A DNA stretch of 64,000 nucleotides from Spirulina sp. GTDB lineage: Bacteria > Cyanobacteriota > Cyanobacteriia > Phormidesmidales > Phormidesmidaceae. A program made the translations under genes and the position numbers. Under the pieces are notes generated by a model. The model saw nothing but the letters and a program-made list of their open reading frames with translations, had not been told where the DNA came from and ran no database searches. The stretch is from positions 89,808 to 153,807 of the forward strand of contig JBIPSI010000012.1 in assembly GCA_044070495.1 (NCBI GenBank), given 5' to 3'. Below are positions 61,879 to 64,000 of this stretch, piece after piece. Within the stretch, counting starts at the first letter, position 1; each line of letters starts with the position of its first letter.

Positions 61879-63864
61879 ATGGTAGATCAGTCGAATCGCG
61901 GCATTCACATTCAAGAGAGTGCGGTGGGCAGTGCCATTGTCTCCGGCGATGGCAACACGATCTATGTGATTCACCAAACCACCCAGTCGCAACCGGAAGC
62001 CTCCGCCGATACCCCCGCCCAGCTTGGCCCCAACCCCTACAAGGGGCTGGCGGCGTTTACAGAGCAGGATGGCGACCGCTACTTTGGCCGCGAAGCCCAG
62101 GTAGAACGCCTGTGGGAACGGTTGCAACGGCTGATGGAACAGTCGGCAATGCCTCGGTTGTTGACGATTTTGGGGCCGTCGGGTTCGGGTAAATCTTCCC
62201 TGGCGAGGGCGGGGTTGATTCCAGCCTTGGCCCAGCGGCCCCTGTTGGGCAAGGCCCAGATGCGGGTGGCGGTGCTGGTGCCCGGTAGCCATCCCCTGGA
62301 GGCGCTGGCGGGGGTGCTGGCCAAAACGGCGACCCAAGACCCCATGCCCGTCACTAAAACGCGGGAATTTGCCACAGAGCTGGGCATCGCCACCCCAGAG
62401 GGTACCTACGACGGTCTGCGCCGCATCGCCAGCCTGATTCCTCAAATCCAGGATGCTCCGCTGGTGGTGCTGGTAGACCAGTTCGAGGAGGTCTATTCCC
62501 TTTGCAAAGAGGCTGGGGAACGCCAAGCCTTCATCGACAATCTGCTCACCGCTGCCCAAGACCCCAGTGCCCAGGTTTCGGTGGTGATCACCCTCCGCAG
62601 CGACTTTTTGGGCGAAACCCAGCGCCACCCAGGGCTAAACCAAATCATCGGTTCCGACCAAAGCGTGATTGTGCCCGCCATGACCACGGCAGAACTGCGC
62701 CGTGCCATTGCCGAACCCGCCAAACGGGCCGGACATCCCCTGGATGAGGCCACGGTGGATCTGTTGGTGACGGATACCGAGGGCCGGGAGGGGGCGTTGC
62801 CGCTGCTTCAGTTTGCCCTCAGCCGCATTTGGGAGGGGTTGGCCCAGGGGTTGGCCCCGGCGGAGACCTATCGCCAGATGGGGGGTGTGGGCGGTGCCCT
62901 AGCCGGAAAGGCCCAGGAGATTTACGACCACCTCAGCCCAGGGGAACAGGAGACGGCCCGCCGCATTTTTATCGGTCTGGTGCAACTGGGGGAAGGCACC
63001 CGCGACACCCGCCGCCGTACCTCGGTGGAAAGCCTAATCGCCAGCCAGGACAGCCCGGAGGTGGTGAAGCAAGTGTTGGCGAGGTTTTCGTCCCCTGGAG
63101 CGCGGCTGGTGACGTTGGCCAACCAAGAAAACCAAGATGTGGCGGAAGTGACCCACGAAGCTCTGTTTGGCCACTGGCAACAGCTTAACGATTGGCTGGA
63201 CAGCAGCCGGGACGATATTCGTTTTCAACGCCGCCTAGAAGCCGCCGCCCAATATTGGCACGACCAAGGCCGACCCGCTGGCCTGCTGTGGCGACCTCCT
63301 GATCTGGATTTGCTGCGTACTTTTATCAAAACCTACGCTGCTAATCTCTCCCAACGCTGCCTAGACTTTTTTCATGCCTCTGACCGGGCTGAACAACGGG
63401 AGCGACGCTTGAAACGCTTGGGCATTGCTGGACTGGCAGTGGGCTTGGTGTTAACCACAACGTTGACGGGGTTTGCTGGGTATCAGGTGCGACAGGCCGA
63501 ACTGCGGCAGATGCAGATTTATGCACAAGAGGCTAGGAACCTGGCTGAAACTGATCCCCTGGGCAGCATGGTGAATGGTCTGGCAGCGATTGGTCTAGGA
63601 CGCCATCTTTTGGTCAAGTTACCTCGCCTCAGAGGAGGGGGGCTAGTATCTCCCAACGTTCTAGACCCAGGGAATCGCCATGCACGTTTTACTCGGATAG
63701 TTGGTAATCATCAGGGTTGGGTCATGTCTGTGGCCCTTAGTGCAGATGGCAATACTATCGTCAGTGGCGGTCTGGATGGCATGGTACGGCTGTGGAACCG
63801 CCAAGGCCAGCCTGTTGCCCCCCCTTTCAGGGGTATTCAGATAGGGTCATGTCTGTGGCCCTTA
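61879..63864 (+). pseudogene. nSTAND1-type NTPase + TM + WD40 protein, interrupted by an IS
   Basis: NPYKGLAAF...YFGRE, GPSGSGKSS, VDQFEEV, LPLLQFAL, HEAL; one WD40 repeat, then a break in the second. Confidence 0.85.
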
Positions 63865-64000
63865 GAGGATATTTAAAAACACGGAGATGAGGTATTAAAC
63901 CCCTCACGCGAGCCTCCGTAGCATGATGCGAATCATGGCGATGTGAATGAAGGCCTCCGAGGATTCGGGTAAGCGCTCGTAATCGACATTGAGGCGACGA
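63865..64000 (-). mobile_element. IS5-family (IS1031-like) element end with transposase C-terminus
   Basis: Minus strand RRLNVDYERLPESSEAFIHIAMIRIMLRRLA* (stop 63904-63906); end gaggatatttaaaaac follows a TTA. Confidence 0.85.

Overview
Chromosomal window from a filamentous cyanobacterium (Leptolyngbya/Nodosilinea-like; petN, ccmK, xisH/xisI, DUF1822, DUF928). Housekeeping genes (polA, miaB, ABC-F, gpmI, codA, mdh, proA, ccmK, aroC, yvcK, clpP, petN, rsmB) alternate with accessory DNA. The richest stretch is about 6.6-23 kb. It holds a four-gene minus-strand operon: sigma-70-like protein, DUF1822, a CHAT protease-CHASE2 membrane sensor with an intact His/Cys dyad, and a DUF928-like secreted protein. 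Downstream is a cluster of paralogous secreted proteins. A bipartite motif (TGAATARG-N12-AGMAMTA on the coding strand, fixed 12-nt spacer) occurs five times, upstream of the sigma-like gene and of three secreted genes. This suggests an autoregulated, protease-gated alternative-sigma regulon. The window also contains many toxin-antitoxin loci with inactivated toxins, an AT-rich two-gene cassette, a stand-alone tubulin-like protein, two STAND NTPases (one disrupted by an IS5-family element), heptamer/octamer repeats, palindromic repeats and a MITE-like element. All calls come from reading the sequence and recalling protein families; no database searches were run.
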